From a virus (Duplodnaviria > Caudoviricetes), in IMG/VR virus record IMGVR_UViG_3300025838_000032, positions 1 to 64,000 of that record: a DNA stretch of 64,000 nt, one strand, 5' to 3'. Below, in pieces: positions 54,637-64,000 of this stretch (its first letter is position 1; each line of letters opens with the position of its first letter). Made by a program: the position numbers and the translations under genes. Under the pieces are notes generated by a model. It was given only the letters and a program-made list of their open reading frames with translations, was not told the DNA's origin and did not search any database.

Positions 54637-56199
54637 ATGCCTATTCCCAATTATCAGATTCCTGGGGTTTATGTCACACAGTCTGGTTCCTCACTGACCG
54701 CTGTGAACCCAACAAATCTTAATATCGCTATTATTGCCGACGATGTCGTGCAGGGCTACAACATGGATACGTTCAATAACGTTGTATCTGTGAGTGGTGT
54801 CACAATCGGTCAGCTCTCTGTACCAATGGTTAATAATACATATAGCGGAACATATTCGACGTATTCCGGATACACAGTAACATGGACCAGCAACAGCGGA
54901 ACGACAATTACCGGTGCTTATGGAACCAACTTTAACATAACAAATGCTAGCGGTAGTGCGTTCTCTTACCTCACGACAAGCGGAATTTCTTCGAGCACCG
55001 TCCCAAGCGGGACCGTACAGATAACGTATGGTCACAACTGGGGTGCCTATGGGAATTTCACAGAGTATACACAGGCTGCTCAGGCCATAGGGTCGTCCAT
55101 CAGCGGAACAACGATTGTTCACCCAGCATTGCTCGCTACGCAGCTCGCTTTCCAGAATGGTGCGAACACTGTATCGATTCTTCCTGTGGCCAGAACATCC
55201 AGTGGCACTACAGCATCTACTCAGGATTGGGCGAACGTGTTCTCCACTGGTAGTGGGTTTACCGGGAACAACCCGATCTACGCTGCCGCCCTTAATAACA
55301 TTGATGTAATTGTCCCCCTTTACGGATTCATCAGCATGAGCGGAGCTACATACGGTCAGATAACTCCGTACGGTAGCAACAACGTAGCTGCCGCGATTAC
55401 CAGCTATCTTCTTGCTCAGAGCAGTAATGGCGTTTACCAAAGAGCCTTCCTTGGTGTAGACGGCACCTTTAACCAGGTAACGACCACCGCTATGCAAGCC
55501 CTGGCAAGTGGCTTCGGTATCGGTGGAGCGGGAACAAGAGTGAGCCTTCTTTTCCCTTCTACAATCAACTATAACCCTGGTCTGAGCACTTCGACTGGTC
55601 TTACGAACGTCAGCTTTAACATCCCAGGGTACTACTTAGCTGCCGCCGTAGCCGGTACATTTGTAGGACAAACCAACGTTGCTACACCAATTACTAATAA
55701 GATTGTTAATGGTTTCAACTATGTGCCAAACCAGATTAGCCTGATTGATGCCCAAACCAACTATCTTCCATATGGATTGACGACGGTATATCAGAAGCGA
55801 GACGGTAAACTCTGGATCCTTCAGGGGTTAACAACAAATATTACAAACTGGTTAACACAAGAGATATCTATTAACGCGATTGGCGATGTTCTTGCGAATC
55901 AGATTAGAAATGGTCTACAGGCTACTAGCCTCATTGGTGGTCCATTGACGCAAATTACAGCTGCTGCTGCCCTCGGTGAGGTGCAAGGACAGCTAACGGA
56001 TGCTGTTGCTAACGGTTTAATTCAAAATTATCAGAACTTGGCGTATACAGTTAATCCTGCCACACCAACAACTATCAATATAACTTTCCAATACTCTCCG
56101 ACCTACCCAATTAACTACATCCAAGTTGTACTGAGTCTGAACACTCAGACCGGTGTAGTCCTGGCTAGTAGCGCTCAGAGCAACCTCGTAGTTTACTAG
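54637..56199 (+). CDS. Tail sheath protein
   Basis: 520 aa; YQIPGVYVTQ N-terminus, YLAAAVAG, EISI..IGD and PINYIQV sheath motifs. Confidence 0.85.
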   Translation: MPIPNYQIPGVYVTQSGSSLTAVNPTNLNIAIIADDVVQGYNMDTFNNVVSVSGVTIGQLSVPMVNNTYSGTYSTYSGYTVTWTSNSGTTITGAYGTNFNITNASGSAFSYLTTSGISSSTVPSGTVQITYGHNWGAYGNFTEYTQAAQAIGSSISGTTIVHPALLATQLAFQNGANTVSILPVARTSSGTTASTQDWANVFSTGSGFTGNNPIYAAALNNIDVIVPLYGFISMSGATYGQITPYGSNNVAAAITSYLLAQSSNGVYQRAFLGVDGTFNQVTTTAMQALASGFGIGGAGTRVSLLFPSTINYNPGLSTSTGLTNVSFNIPGYYLAAAVAGTFVGQTNVATPITNKIVNGFNYVPNQISLIDAQTNYLPYGLTTVYQKRDGKLWILQGLTTNITNWLTQEISINAIGDVLANQIRNGLQATSLIGGPLTQITAAAALGEVQGQLTDAVANGLIQNYQNLAYTVNPATPTTINITFQYSPTYPINYIQVVLSLNTQTGVVLASSAQSNLVVY

Positions 56200-56208
56200 G
56201 AGTAACTT

Positions 56209-56682
56209 ATGGCAAAATCAACATTCCGCGTAGGTGGTGGTCAATATACAGCATTTACCTATAAGGGAGCTCCTCTAATCTATGCTCAGATGATCAACGA
56301 GCGCGGTCCTCAGCCCGTTGCTCAGCCCCAGCCAATACAACCATTAGATTCTCCTTACCCCATTGAAATTGCGCTACCCTCCGCTCTTCAGGCTGGAACG
56401 CTAGAAATAACGTTCCTCGAGCAATGGAACGCAGAAGTCTGGGCGCAACTTGGTGGAGACTTTACAACTGCCTCTGACTTGCTCGATGTGTTTAATGCTC
56501 AGCTGGCACAGGGCGAAGTTCAGTGTCAAAAGATCATCAAAAAGCCAGACGGTACAACACGCAGAATTACTTATCAGGGCTGCGTCGTTGTCAATGCACA
56601 AATTGATGAGTTGATCCAAATTGGAACAATGACGATCCCCAAGACAATAACAATTATGTATCGTTCTAGAAAAGAATCCTGA
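56209..56682 (+). CDS. Tail tube protein
   Basis: 157 aa after the sheath; GTLEITFLEQWN, ITYQGCVV. Confidence 0.75.
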   Translation: MAKSTFRVGGGQYTAFTYKGAPLIYAQMINERGPQPVAQPQPIQPLDSPYPIEIALPSALQAGTLEITFLEQWNAEVWAQLGGDFTTASDLLDVFNAQLAQGEVQCQKIIKKPDGTTRRITYQGCVVVNAQIDELIQIGTMTIPKTITIMYRSRKES

Positions 56683-56702
56683 CAGAAAGGTAACGAAGTA
56701 AA

Positions 56703-57692
56703 ATGACCGTACGTTCATATTTAATCCAGCTGCAGCCAGGAGTTGGTCAAGCCATTCTCCCTGACCACCGTAAGATGGTACAAGGTGTGCAGTATGTAGT
56801 CGATGCCGACACATTCTCCAAGATTAGCCTCGGTGCTCGCCAGAATGTTGTTAGCGTTGTATCAGTCTACACTGACAACACTACTTCCAGTGGTGGCTAC
56901 GTCCCCGCTCAGGTCTCTACGGGTGTAAACCGTCAGATCGGTGCGAGTGGCCAGAGCTTCCTCAACATCCTCTCGCAGACGAGTTCTACTCTGACAGCGT
57001 TCAGCATTGCTGGCTTCGCTGCTCAGGGTGCCTCTCCCGGTGGTTCTCAGGGCGCTGGCGCCGGTATCGGCACCGCTCAGTCTACGCTTAGCGGTTCTGC
57101 GAGTAACTACTCGCTAACCGGACCAGATGGTGCCCGTTATACCCTCGTATATAACGGAACATCTTCTACCATTTCTGGCGGTTGGTCTACAGTATGGCAA
57201 GACTTTAATAACCGGTACGTATCGACCGCCTCTGGTATCACATTCCAGGTACGTCAGGATGGTCTCGGCACATCTTACCTAATCAGCGCGAACACCACGC
57301 TGACTGGTACTGCCGGAGCCGTAACGACAGTCGGTACAAAGCAGGGTGAGTTCGCCGGTATCACATTGGTTAACATCCCTGCCGGTAACTTCGGGTTCGT
57401 ACAGATTGAGGGTATCCACCCTAACGCAGCAGTATACAGCGGAACCGCCGTTGGTGCCGTGGTCGCGGTCAGTGGTACAAGCTCTACTGGTGTGCTTGCT
57501 CCTCCTGCTACGACTGTAACGTCTGTCAGCACCGCTGGTGTCGTGACCGGATCGGCCCTTGCGAATAACGTTGTTGGTACAGTTCTGACGACTCCCGCCA
57601 GTGGTACTGGTACTGGTCAGTACTTTGCCCAGGTTGAGCTTCGTAGCCGTCGTGTCAAGAAACCGTACAACCGTTTTCTGAATAAGAACTAG
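56703..57692 (+). CDS. Gly/Ser/Thr-rich virion protein
   Basis: 329 aa, biased codons. Confidence 0.65.
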   Translation: MTVRSYLIQLQPGVGQAILPDHRKMVQGVQYVVDADTFSKISLGARQNVVSVVSVYTDNTTSSGGYVPAQVSTGVNRQIGASGQSFLNILSQTSSTLTAFSIAGFAAQGASPGGSQGAGAGIGTAQSTLSGSASNYSLTGPDGARYTLVYNGTSSTISGGWSTVWQDFNNRYVSTASGITFQVRQDGLGTSYLISANTTLTGTAGAVTTVGTKQGEFAGITLVNIPAGNFGFVQIEGIHPNAAVYSGTAVGAVVAVSGTSSTGVLAPPATTVTSVSTAGVVTGSALANNVVGTVLTTPASGTGTGQYFAQVELRSRRVKKPYNRFLNKN

Positions 57693-57748
57693 AAAATTGC
57701 ATAATTTACTGGTAGGCTACAAGGTAAGCCCTAGACCCAGAGGATAAT

Positions 57749-58270
57749 ATGACAATTGCAGACAATAGAGGTTGGGAGACAGAAGACCCCTCCCAACCAA
57801 TGAATGAAGTTATATCTTTCCCCGATGAGTGGAAGGAAGAGTTTGAAGGTCTCTTATTCCTCGGCTATTTACAGCATGAGGTAAAGAGAATACCTTTCCA
57901 CAGTTTTGTAATTAAGACTCTCAATATCAATGAGAAGTTAGAGGTAAGTCTTATCGCCAAGCCCTACCTGGAGAGTGTTGGTTATAATCGTGCTTGGAAG
58001 GCGGCGGTCGTTGCTGCTGCCCTAGTCAGCATTGATGGACGACCTCTCATACCTAGTAATAAAACAACAAATGTTGTTAAGCAAAAGTATGATTACGTAG
58101 TCAATAATTGGTATGACACAACAATTGATCTTCTTTACGAAGAGCTCGATATGTTGGAGAATAAAGTCATTATGGTTCTTCAAGAGCTTAATATCATTGA
58201 GCCGATCATGCCAGTAAATATTTTTGATGATGACAACAAGGAAACGGATAACCCAAAAGATGGCAACTAG
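57749..58270 (+). CDS. Tail assembly chaperone (G-like)
   Basis: Between tube and tape measure; ends just past a slippery heptamer. Confidence 0.75.
   Translation: MTIADNRGWETEDPSQPMNEVISFPDEWKEEFEGLLFLGYLQHEVKRIPFHSFVIKTLNINEKLEVSLIAKPYLESVGYNRAWKAAVVAAALVSIDGRPLIPSNKTTNVVKQKYDYVVNNWYDTTIDLLYEELDMLENKVIMVLQELNIIEPIMPVNIFDDDNKETDNPKDGN
58252..58258 (+). other. -1 programmed ribosomal frameshift site C CCA AAA
   Basis: X XXY YYZ heptamer in the correct phase; the -1 frame is open from here to 58677. Confidence 0.8.
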
Positions 58271-58677
58271 ACCCGTACGTTGTTGAAAAAAGTGAGATAG
58301 CGTACTTAACCGGTGTCTTCAATAAGTCTGATCTTAATTTTCTTCAGGAAAAGCTATTAATAGCTGTCACATTGCGTAAGCGTAAGCAAGAAGCCGAGTT
58401 AGAAGAAGCGCATTTTGAACAGAACATGTTCTTGATTAACCCAGAGATGTATCGACAGTACATGAAGAACAAAGAAGATAACTCTGAGAACGAAGGCATT
58501 GCCTGGGGCGCTCCTGAAAGTATTGAAGAGCAACAGGAACTCCAACGTATCTTTGAAGAAATCAATCAGCAGCTTGATAGTGATGAAGATAAAAAAGCCA
58601 ATGAAGAGTTTGTTAATCAACTGGGCATAATGAATATATTCAACGGCATTGATATAGATAAAATTGGGGGTGACTAA
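58258..58677 (+). CDS. T segment of the frameshifted G-T tail chaperone
   Basis: Open -1 frame RWQLDPYVVEKSEIAYLTG...; no good independent start. Confidence 0.7.
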   Translation, partial: RWQLDPYVVEKSEIAYLTGVFNKSDLNFLQEKLLIAVTLRKRKQEAELEEAHFEQNMFLINPEMYRQYMKNKEDNSENEGIAWGAPESIEEQQELQRIFEEINQQLDSDEDKKANEEFVNQLGIMNIFNGIDIDKIGGD

Positions 58678-61133
58678 TGGCACAAAATGATGGTGTTGAA
58701 CTAAATTTTGATATGAATGCCAACACCGGGCCCATGCTCGAAGGCATGCAAAGAGTCGCCGCAGTAACAAAACAGATCCGTGCAGATATTGAGGCCATGA
58801 GCGATGGATTGGATGGTACTATTGATAGAGCAAATAAACTCAGAACCTCTTTTGAAGGTAGCTTAAATCTTGTCGATCAGATAAAAGCTGGAATGGATGT
58901 TGTAGGAACATTCGCGCAGACTTTTCAAACTGCTCAAAATAACAATACCAATGCCTTATTGGAAATGATGAGAAGCACCCGCGCCCTTGGCGGGAATATG
59001 AACCAGTTTATGAATATCGCATCGTCTGCTGGGTTTGGTAGGGGGACCCCAGGCTACGGCGGTGTATACACGGGCGGTATAACTCAGAGCCAAGATTTCA
59101 GTAGTTATGCACAAGACCAAGAATCAAACATATCTTCTTCTCCATACGATAGGATTATCAAACGCCGAGCTAAACCAGCGTCTGGCGGCGGTGCAGGCGG
59201 AGGAATCCCGCCAATCTTCACCAGTGGCGGAGAAGTACCCTACGAAGAAGTACCTTACAATGGTCAAGGCCCGAATACAGATGCGATAAATGGCATCTAT
59301 GGCACCAGGGGGATCAATCTTGGCGGTAACCGACAAGTTCCTATAAAGCCAGCTCAATTGATGATCCAAGATCAATTAAAGCAGTACTACCCTAATTTAT
59401 ATGATGACATAGTGGGTAATGGCAAAGAAGGAACCGCTGCTGAGTTCGCGTATAGAAATATGATGTACCAGGCGGGAAGCCTGATCGGGAGAATCCCTGG
59501 CGGCGGAAGAATAATGGGACGCCTTCAGGAGGGTCTCAATAATTATGGCATAAATCTCGATGCTATTAAAGCTTCGCAAAGAAGCAACACAATCCCCACT
59601 GGTAATGTTGATGAGTATGGGAACCCAACATATACCAGGCCGTTCGGCATACCGAATGCTGGTGCAAGCGGTGGCATTGCAGACGCTGGTGCAGAAGCAG
59701 TGACGCTAAGAATAGCCAACCAAGTATCAAAGATATTTGATTCTAGTGTTGCACAGAATTTTGCGAAATACGCTGGGTTCGCCGGAGCTGCTGGATCTGT
59801 TTACGGGACGCTTTCAGACGTAGCGGGACAAGCCAGACAACTTACGGGATTCGCTCAAGCCCAAGGTAATGCTCTGGGTATGGTTAATTATGGGCAAAGC
59901 GCCGGTCTGTTCGGGCAGGCTTTCCTCAATTCATGGGGTGGTCTGAACCCATTCTTTAGCACGCAACAATCCATGCAAGCACAGATGAATGGTGCCGCCC
60001 TCGGTCTACGTGGAGCAAACTTATCAAATTATGCTAACCAAGCGATGACCGCTCAGACTAAATTTGGAATGGGCGGACAGCAGTTCCAGAGTATTATGGG
60101 AGCTGGTCTTGGTGTCGGAGTCAACGTTAACCAAAACATGCAGGGCCTCGGTCAAATCCGTCAGTTAGAGGCGAATACACAAACCAGCACCGCTTATGGG
60201 AACCAGGCGTATGTTGCGGGGATGCAGTCTAATGCTGGGATGGGTGTTAGCCCAACAGTAGCAGTACAAATGGGTATACAGGCCGCTAAATTCGGATCCG
60301 GCAATCTTATCGCCCAGTCCTATGGTATGACTGGCCAGGAGGGCCAGGGCACGACGCTTAACAATGCCCTTATGGCCCAGCAGTTGGGCACATCGTATAC
60401 TGGTTTGTACGCAGCTGAGCAAAAAGTCGGTGCTGCTGGTCAGGCTAAAGCCCAGAACTCTACCGACGAAGAGATCCTCTCGTGGTCAGGTATTGACATT
60501 ACTGCTACGTACAAAGATGAAAATGACTTCAAGGCTAAAAACGGCGACAAAATAATGACTCTTCAGGCGATGCTTCAATCTGGACAAGTTGGTCAAAAAC
60601 TTGCTAATGTCGCAAGCACCCCGCAGTCTACAGAAACATGGGCGTGGAGTGTCGTCAGGCAGCATCAGAAACTGAATCAAAAGACTAAGAACAGCCCACC
60701 AGGATCGGGTTTGGCAAGAATATTTGGGGACGTATCTCACGCTGTTGAACATGCTGTTGGCGGTACATTGAAGACTGCTGGGAATGCGTTAGAGGCAGCG
60801 CAGCATGTAGCAACGGACGTGGGGCTATCTCCAGAATGGCTAGTATCACAATCAGGTTATTCCCATGACACGAACTCAATAAATAGAAACTTTGACTCTA
60901 GCGTAACTGCAACGGGCGATCTTATTAAAGGAGCAGCATCAAGCGCTATTAAAATAGCAGGATCAAGCGCTTTGGACCTTTCACAACCGAAAAACATAGC
61001 GCATTCAGTAGAAGTAACTTTTAAAGGAGCTGCCGAAAGGCTCTTTAATTCGACAATAAAGCAAGCGACCGCTGGCAACAACAACGGGTCTCTTCCGCCG
61101 AATAAGCAACCAACTCAAAGCCTACCATTTTAA
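58677..61133 (+). CDS. Tape measure protein
   Basis: 818 aa, A/G/Q-rich, after the chaperones. Confidence 0.75.
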   Translation: MAQNDGVELNFDMNANTGPMLEGMQRVAAVTKQIRADIEAMSDGLDGTIDRANKLRTSFEGSLNLVDQIKAGMDVVGTFAQTFQTAQNNNTNALLEMMRSTRALGGNMNQFMNIASSAGFGRGTPGYGGVYTGGITQSQDFSSYAQDQESNISSSPYDRIIKRRAKPASGGGAGGGIPPIFTSGGEVPYEEVPYNGQGPNTDAINGIYGTRGINLGGNRQVPIKPAQLMIQDQLKQYYPNLYDDIVGNGKEGTAAEFAYRNMMYQAGSLIGRIPGGGRIMGRLQEGLNNYGINLDAIKASQRSNTIPTGNVDEYGNPTYTRPFGIPNAGASGGIADAGAEAVTLRIANQVSKIFDSSVAQNFAKYAGFAGAAGSVYGTLSDVAGQARQLTGFAQAQGNALGMVNYGQSAGLFGQAFLNSWGGLNPFFSTQQSMQAQMNGAALGLRGANLSNYANQAMTAQTKFGMGGQQFQSIMGAGLGVGVNVNQNMQGLGQIRQLEANTQTSTAYGNQAYVAGMQSNAGMGVSPTVAVQMGIQAAKFGSGNLIAQSYGMTGQEGQGTTLNNALMAQQLGTSYTGLYAAEQKVGAAGQAKAQNSTDEEILSWSGIDITATYKDENDFKAKNGDKIMTLQAMLQSGQVGQKLANVASTPQSTETWAWSVVRQHQKLNQKTKNSPPGSGLARIFGDVSHAVEHAVGGTLKTAGNALEAAQHVATDVGLSPEWLVSQSGYSHDTNSINRNFDSSVTATGDLIKGAASSAIKIAGSSALDLSQPKNIAHSVEVTFKGAAERLFNSTIKQATAGNNNGSLPPNKQPTQSLPF

Positions 61134-61136
61134 TAT

Positions 61137-61748
61137 ATGGCAACCCCAACTAATTCACCGTTTATTGATAGTAAAGAAGTCGCCTTCTTTCAAGACAAAG
61201 TTACTAATAAAGTATATAATTTCCCATTTAATATAAATACTTTGAATTGGAACTACCAACTAAACACTCAAAGCTATAGCACAATCGGCGGTCGTGTAAC
61301 ACAGATCTTATCTGTACAAATAACAACCATGGTTATTCAGGGAGATGCGGGAAGTCGTAAGAATATTCTTGAAATGTATAGTAATTATAGAGCCATACAA
61401 GACAGCCAAACTCAATATAAAATCCCCGCCAACTTTTCAGTGCCAAGCCGAGGTCTGTCTTTCGACGTGTGGTTGGAGAACTTCCAAATAGGGTACGGAG
61501 TGACTACGGTCGCATATCCATACACCATCGCTATGGAAGTCCATCAAGATATTAGTAATATAGCTGCGAATGCGACCATTACTGATGCATTAGCTAGAGT
61601 GGTAAATAATAACGGCGGAGAAATAGGCTTCAGTGCCGCGTGGACCGGGCTCTCAAGCAACGAAATAAATATTCAGTTCCAAGACGTTGTGAACGCTTTG
61701 ACGGGTGGGATCTTAAGTTCTAATTCTACATCAACGCTAGGAGGTTAA
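61137..61748 (+). CDS. Probable baseplate / tail-initiator protein
   Basis: FPFNINTLNWNY...TIGGRVTQILS pattern, after the TMP. Confidence 0.55.
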   Translation: MATPTNSPFIDSKEVAFFQDKVTNKVYNFPFNINTLNWNYQLNTQSYSTIGGRVTQILSVQITTMVIQGDAGSRKNILEMYSNYRAIQDSQTQYKIPANFSVPSRGLSFDVWLENFQIGYGVTTVAYPYTIAMEVHQDISNIAANATITDALARVVNNNGGEIGFSAAWTGLSSNEINIQFQDVVNALTGGILSSNSTSTLGG

Positions 61749-61749
61749 A

Positions 61750-61932
61750 ATGAGTGACAACAATAACAACAATAGCTACGCTAATTGTAGGATCTCTAAA
61801 CCAATCCTATACCCAGACCAGCAGGCGATCAGTTTCAACGGGTTTGCCTGGAGCAACACCATGGGTATGATCCATGAAGTTGTTCCCATTAACAATGAAA
61901 GTTGGAAGCAATGGCTGGGAACGCCGCAATAA
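61750..61932 (+). CDS. Small hypothetical protein
   Basis: GGAGG SD. Confidence 0.55.
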   Translation: MSDNNNNNSYANCRISKPILYPDQQAISFNGFAWSNTMGMIHEVVPINNESWKQWLGTPQ

Positions 61933-62570
61933 CCCTCCTGTATAACGGCAAATCTACTGTCTTTGAAGTATGGTTGACGATGATAAACACCAGCTCGAAC
62001 ACAGAGTTCTACGCTCAGCAAATACGTGACGGTATGAGCTGGATTCCGATCCGTCGCGCCGAGAGATTCTTCAACTTCCAGGCGGTATGGCCGTTAATCA
62101 GTACACAAAGTACTAGTAAAAAACCAGATTTGGGGTTCGAAGATATAGACCCTTCAGACGGTTTTGCTAAAATGAATAAGTTCCAAGACGCCATTAGATC
62201 ACACCAAATATCAATAGTAAATGGTTCTACAACAAGACCAATGTATGTAGACTATTACAATAACTCTGACCCGACACTCCCGATTTATAACACGATGATT
62301 AGTCAAAAACCGTTGCCACCGCTTAAATTTACTGGCTGGATAAAGGTCGTGGAAAAACAATACGTACGTTTTCAGAACTTATTCGTGACGAATTATACTA
62401 TGAATATTCTAACGCCAAATATAGCTGGAACGCCGCCAACTGCAATGGATCAATCTGCTAACATAACATATGCACCGACTGCAGCAGAACAAGCAAGATA
62501 CGGTGACAGTTGGATCAATACTAGATTAGCCGCAGCTAGGGCCAATAATCTGCAAGGATTACCTAACTAA
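61911..62570 (+). CDS. Hypothetical baseplate-region protein
   Basis: ATG at 61911 after GGAAG. Confidence 0.65.
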   Translation: MAGNAAITLLYNGKSTVFEVWLTMINTSSNTEFYAQQIRDGMSWIPIRRAERFFNFQAVWPLISTQSTSKKPDLGFEDIDPSDGFAKMNKFQDAIRSHQISIVNGSTTRPMYVDYYNNSDPTLPIYNTMISQKPLPPLKFTGWIKVVEKQYVRFQNLFVTNYTMNILTPNIAGTPPTAMDQSANITYAPTAAEQARYGDSWINTRLAAARANNLQGLPN

Positions 62571-64000
62571 TGAGTTTTAATAATTCAGGAACATTCGTCT
62601 ATACTCCAGATATTAATGTTGCAATCTATACGATTGACAACAAAGTTCTTGACGTATCTGCTGATATTATAGACTTCTCAATGGATCGTGAAATAAATGC
62701 TGTCAGTACGTTCTCATGCACGCTGGACAACCCAAGTAGGAAATACAATCGTAGAATAAACACGATGGATAGAATAACCGTTTTCTTAAAGAGAACGAAT
62801 TTTGTCCAGTGCTTTACCGGCCTTGTTACGTATGCTCCGGTTGAGACACTCGTTCCTACACCAGTCACCATCCAAGCAACGTGTACCCTGAGAATTCTTC
62901 AAGTTACTTATTGGGATGATACGCTCATTGCGTATCAGCAGCTGTTGCTTAACTCCATGGATACAGCCGCCTGGAGCTCGAACGGAACTCTTTACGATGG
63001 TGGTGTCGCTCAAGCTCTTGTAAACGTCCTTTATAAAGTATGTGGATGGAACCCGAATAGCATTCACATCCAAGGAATACCAACAAACTTTATTAACTTC
63101 GCCGCTCAGGCGTATACTAACCTAGTCTCATCTAATGAGATAGATCAAAACGTTGTTAAAGAACTGAGTCAGGCGCTGAGCATCAATAGCATTACGAGTG
63201 GGAAGAGTGTGCAGGCCGGTGGTTACGCCTACGGATCCACGGAGACTTTGGGCAATAATTATGCACCACATGGTGGAGCGGGAGTAACGGTAACCGCTTC
63301 AAAGGCTAAAGCATTTATGACTAAAGCGATAGCGGGCGGGCAAGACAACTCTCCCGGTAAGAACCCGCTGAACCCAGTATCAGATATCAATGTTATAAAT
63401 GAAGACATATATTGGTGTTCGGCCCCGTGGTCATATTTGCAGTACCAGATTCAACCATATATGAGTTCTTCTAAGATCAAAGAATATGAATCTATTATAA
63501 ACGACTCTAAATCATGGTTATCAGGGGTCAATATAGATAATAAGAATAATAGTCATGATGGTAGACTGTTGTTTCTTGCTAACCTCAAATGGAACCGAGC
63601 GGTTGCTGTAAGAGCCACCAGCATCCCACAGAAACCCAATGTCACACAAAATGGGTACGCAGTATACGACGATAAAGAAACAGCTTTCCAATGCGACCCC
63701 GGAGTCATCGCTTACCTAAATGGTAAGACTGGTGACCCAGGTAGCTGGAAGGCCACGGATGATCCGGGTACGTCTGACATAACATTTCAATGGGCAGACA
63801 CTTCTAAAATACAAAAAGCCGGTAAGCTGCCGGATCTTAGTACTACAGCAGCTAACGCTTACCTAGGAGCTGGTCTCGCCAACCAATCAGATCCACTTGT
63901 TGTTACTCAAGCTCTGAATAAACTGGTATACAATCTTATTGGCCAGTTAGGAGATGCATATTCAGAGCTCCCAGGAACAAGAAAAAATCCTGGAGCGTAT
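62570..64000 (+). CDS. Baseplate hub-like protein (partial, runs off the window)
   Basis: TAATG-coupled; DVSADIIDFSMDREINAVSTFSCTLDNP...MDRITVFLKR...FTGLV hub pattern; no stop seen before the window end. Confidence 0.7.
   Translation, partial: MSFNNSGTFVYTPDINVAIYTIDNKVLDVSADIIDFSMDREINAVSTFSCTLDNPSRKYNRRINTMDRITVFLKRTNFVQCFTGLVTYAPVETLVPTPVTIQATCTLRILQVTYWDDTLIAYQQLLLNSMDTAAWSSNGTLYDGGVAQALVNVLYKVCGWNPNSIHIQGIPTNFINFAAQAYTNLVSSNEIDQNVVKELSQALSINSITSGKSVQAGGYAYGSTETLGNNYAPHGGAGVTVTASKAKAFMTKAIAGGQDNSPGKNPLNPVSDINVINEDIYWCSAPWSYLQYQIQPYMSSSKIKEYESIINDSKSWLSGVNIDNKNNSHDGRLLFLANLKWNRAVAVRATSIPQKPNVTQNGYAVYDDKETAFQCDPGVIAYLNGKTGDPGSWKATDDPGTSDITFQWADTSKIQKAGKLPDLSTTAANAYLGAGLANQSDPLVVTQALNKLVYNLIGQLGDAYSELPGTRKNPGAY

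Noticed and set aside
1-64000. Stop-codon reassignment
   Set aside because: Genes are full length and densely packed under code 11, ending in TAA, TAG and TGA; no suppressor tRNA seen.

Overview
This window is part of a large tailed dsDNA bacteriophage genome with a contractile tail (myovirus), read with standard genetic code 11. About 0.3-6.5 kb is a minus-strand block of small, probably early genes. Their intergenic spacers are structured and partly repeated, and the block contains an AT-rich repeat region and a tRNA-like element with no anticodon arm. From about 7 kb everything is on the plus strand. It starts with hypothetical and accessory genes (HNH, ParB/Srx, papain-like peptidases, GNAT, Dps, metallophosphoesterase) and six tRNAs interleaved with a methyltransferase and a cytidylyltransferase. 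Next come three large Cys-rich zinc-finger proteins and the head module: an intein-containing portal, maturation protease, scaffold, decoration protein and major capsid protein. The rest is the tail module (fibres, neck, sheath, tube, a -1 frameshifted chaperone, tape measure, baseplate hub), with two free-standing homing-endonuclease-like genes. From memory, the capsid protein closely resembles those of Bxz1-like (cluster C) mycobacteriophages, so an actinobacterial host is inferred; no search was run. The best leads are: (1) a short leader motif, (F/W)N-x(1-3)-(K/R)(Y/F)A or (K/R)-x-A(S/A), shared by many unrelated proteins upstream of and within the head module, a candidate capsid-targeting/protease-processing system; (2) the anticodon-less tRNA mimic and a GNRA-hairpin cassette family in the early region; (3) a roughly 600-aa, almost purely basic 20-residue-repeat protein in the tail module; (4) a TGTAAW-N18-TAG promoter class.
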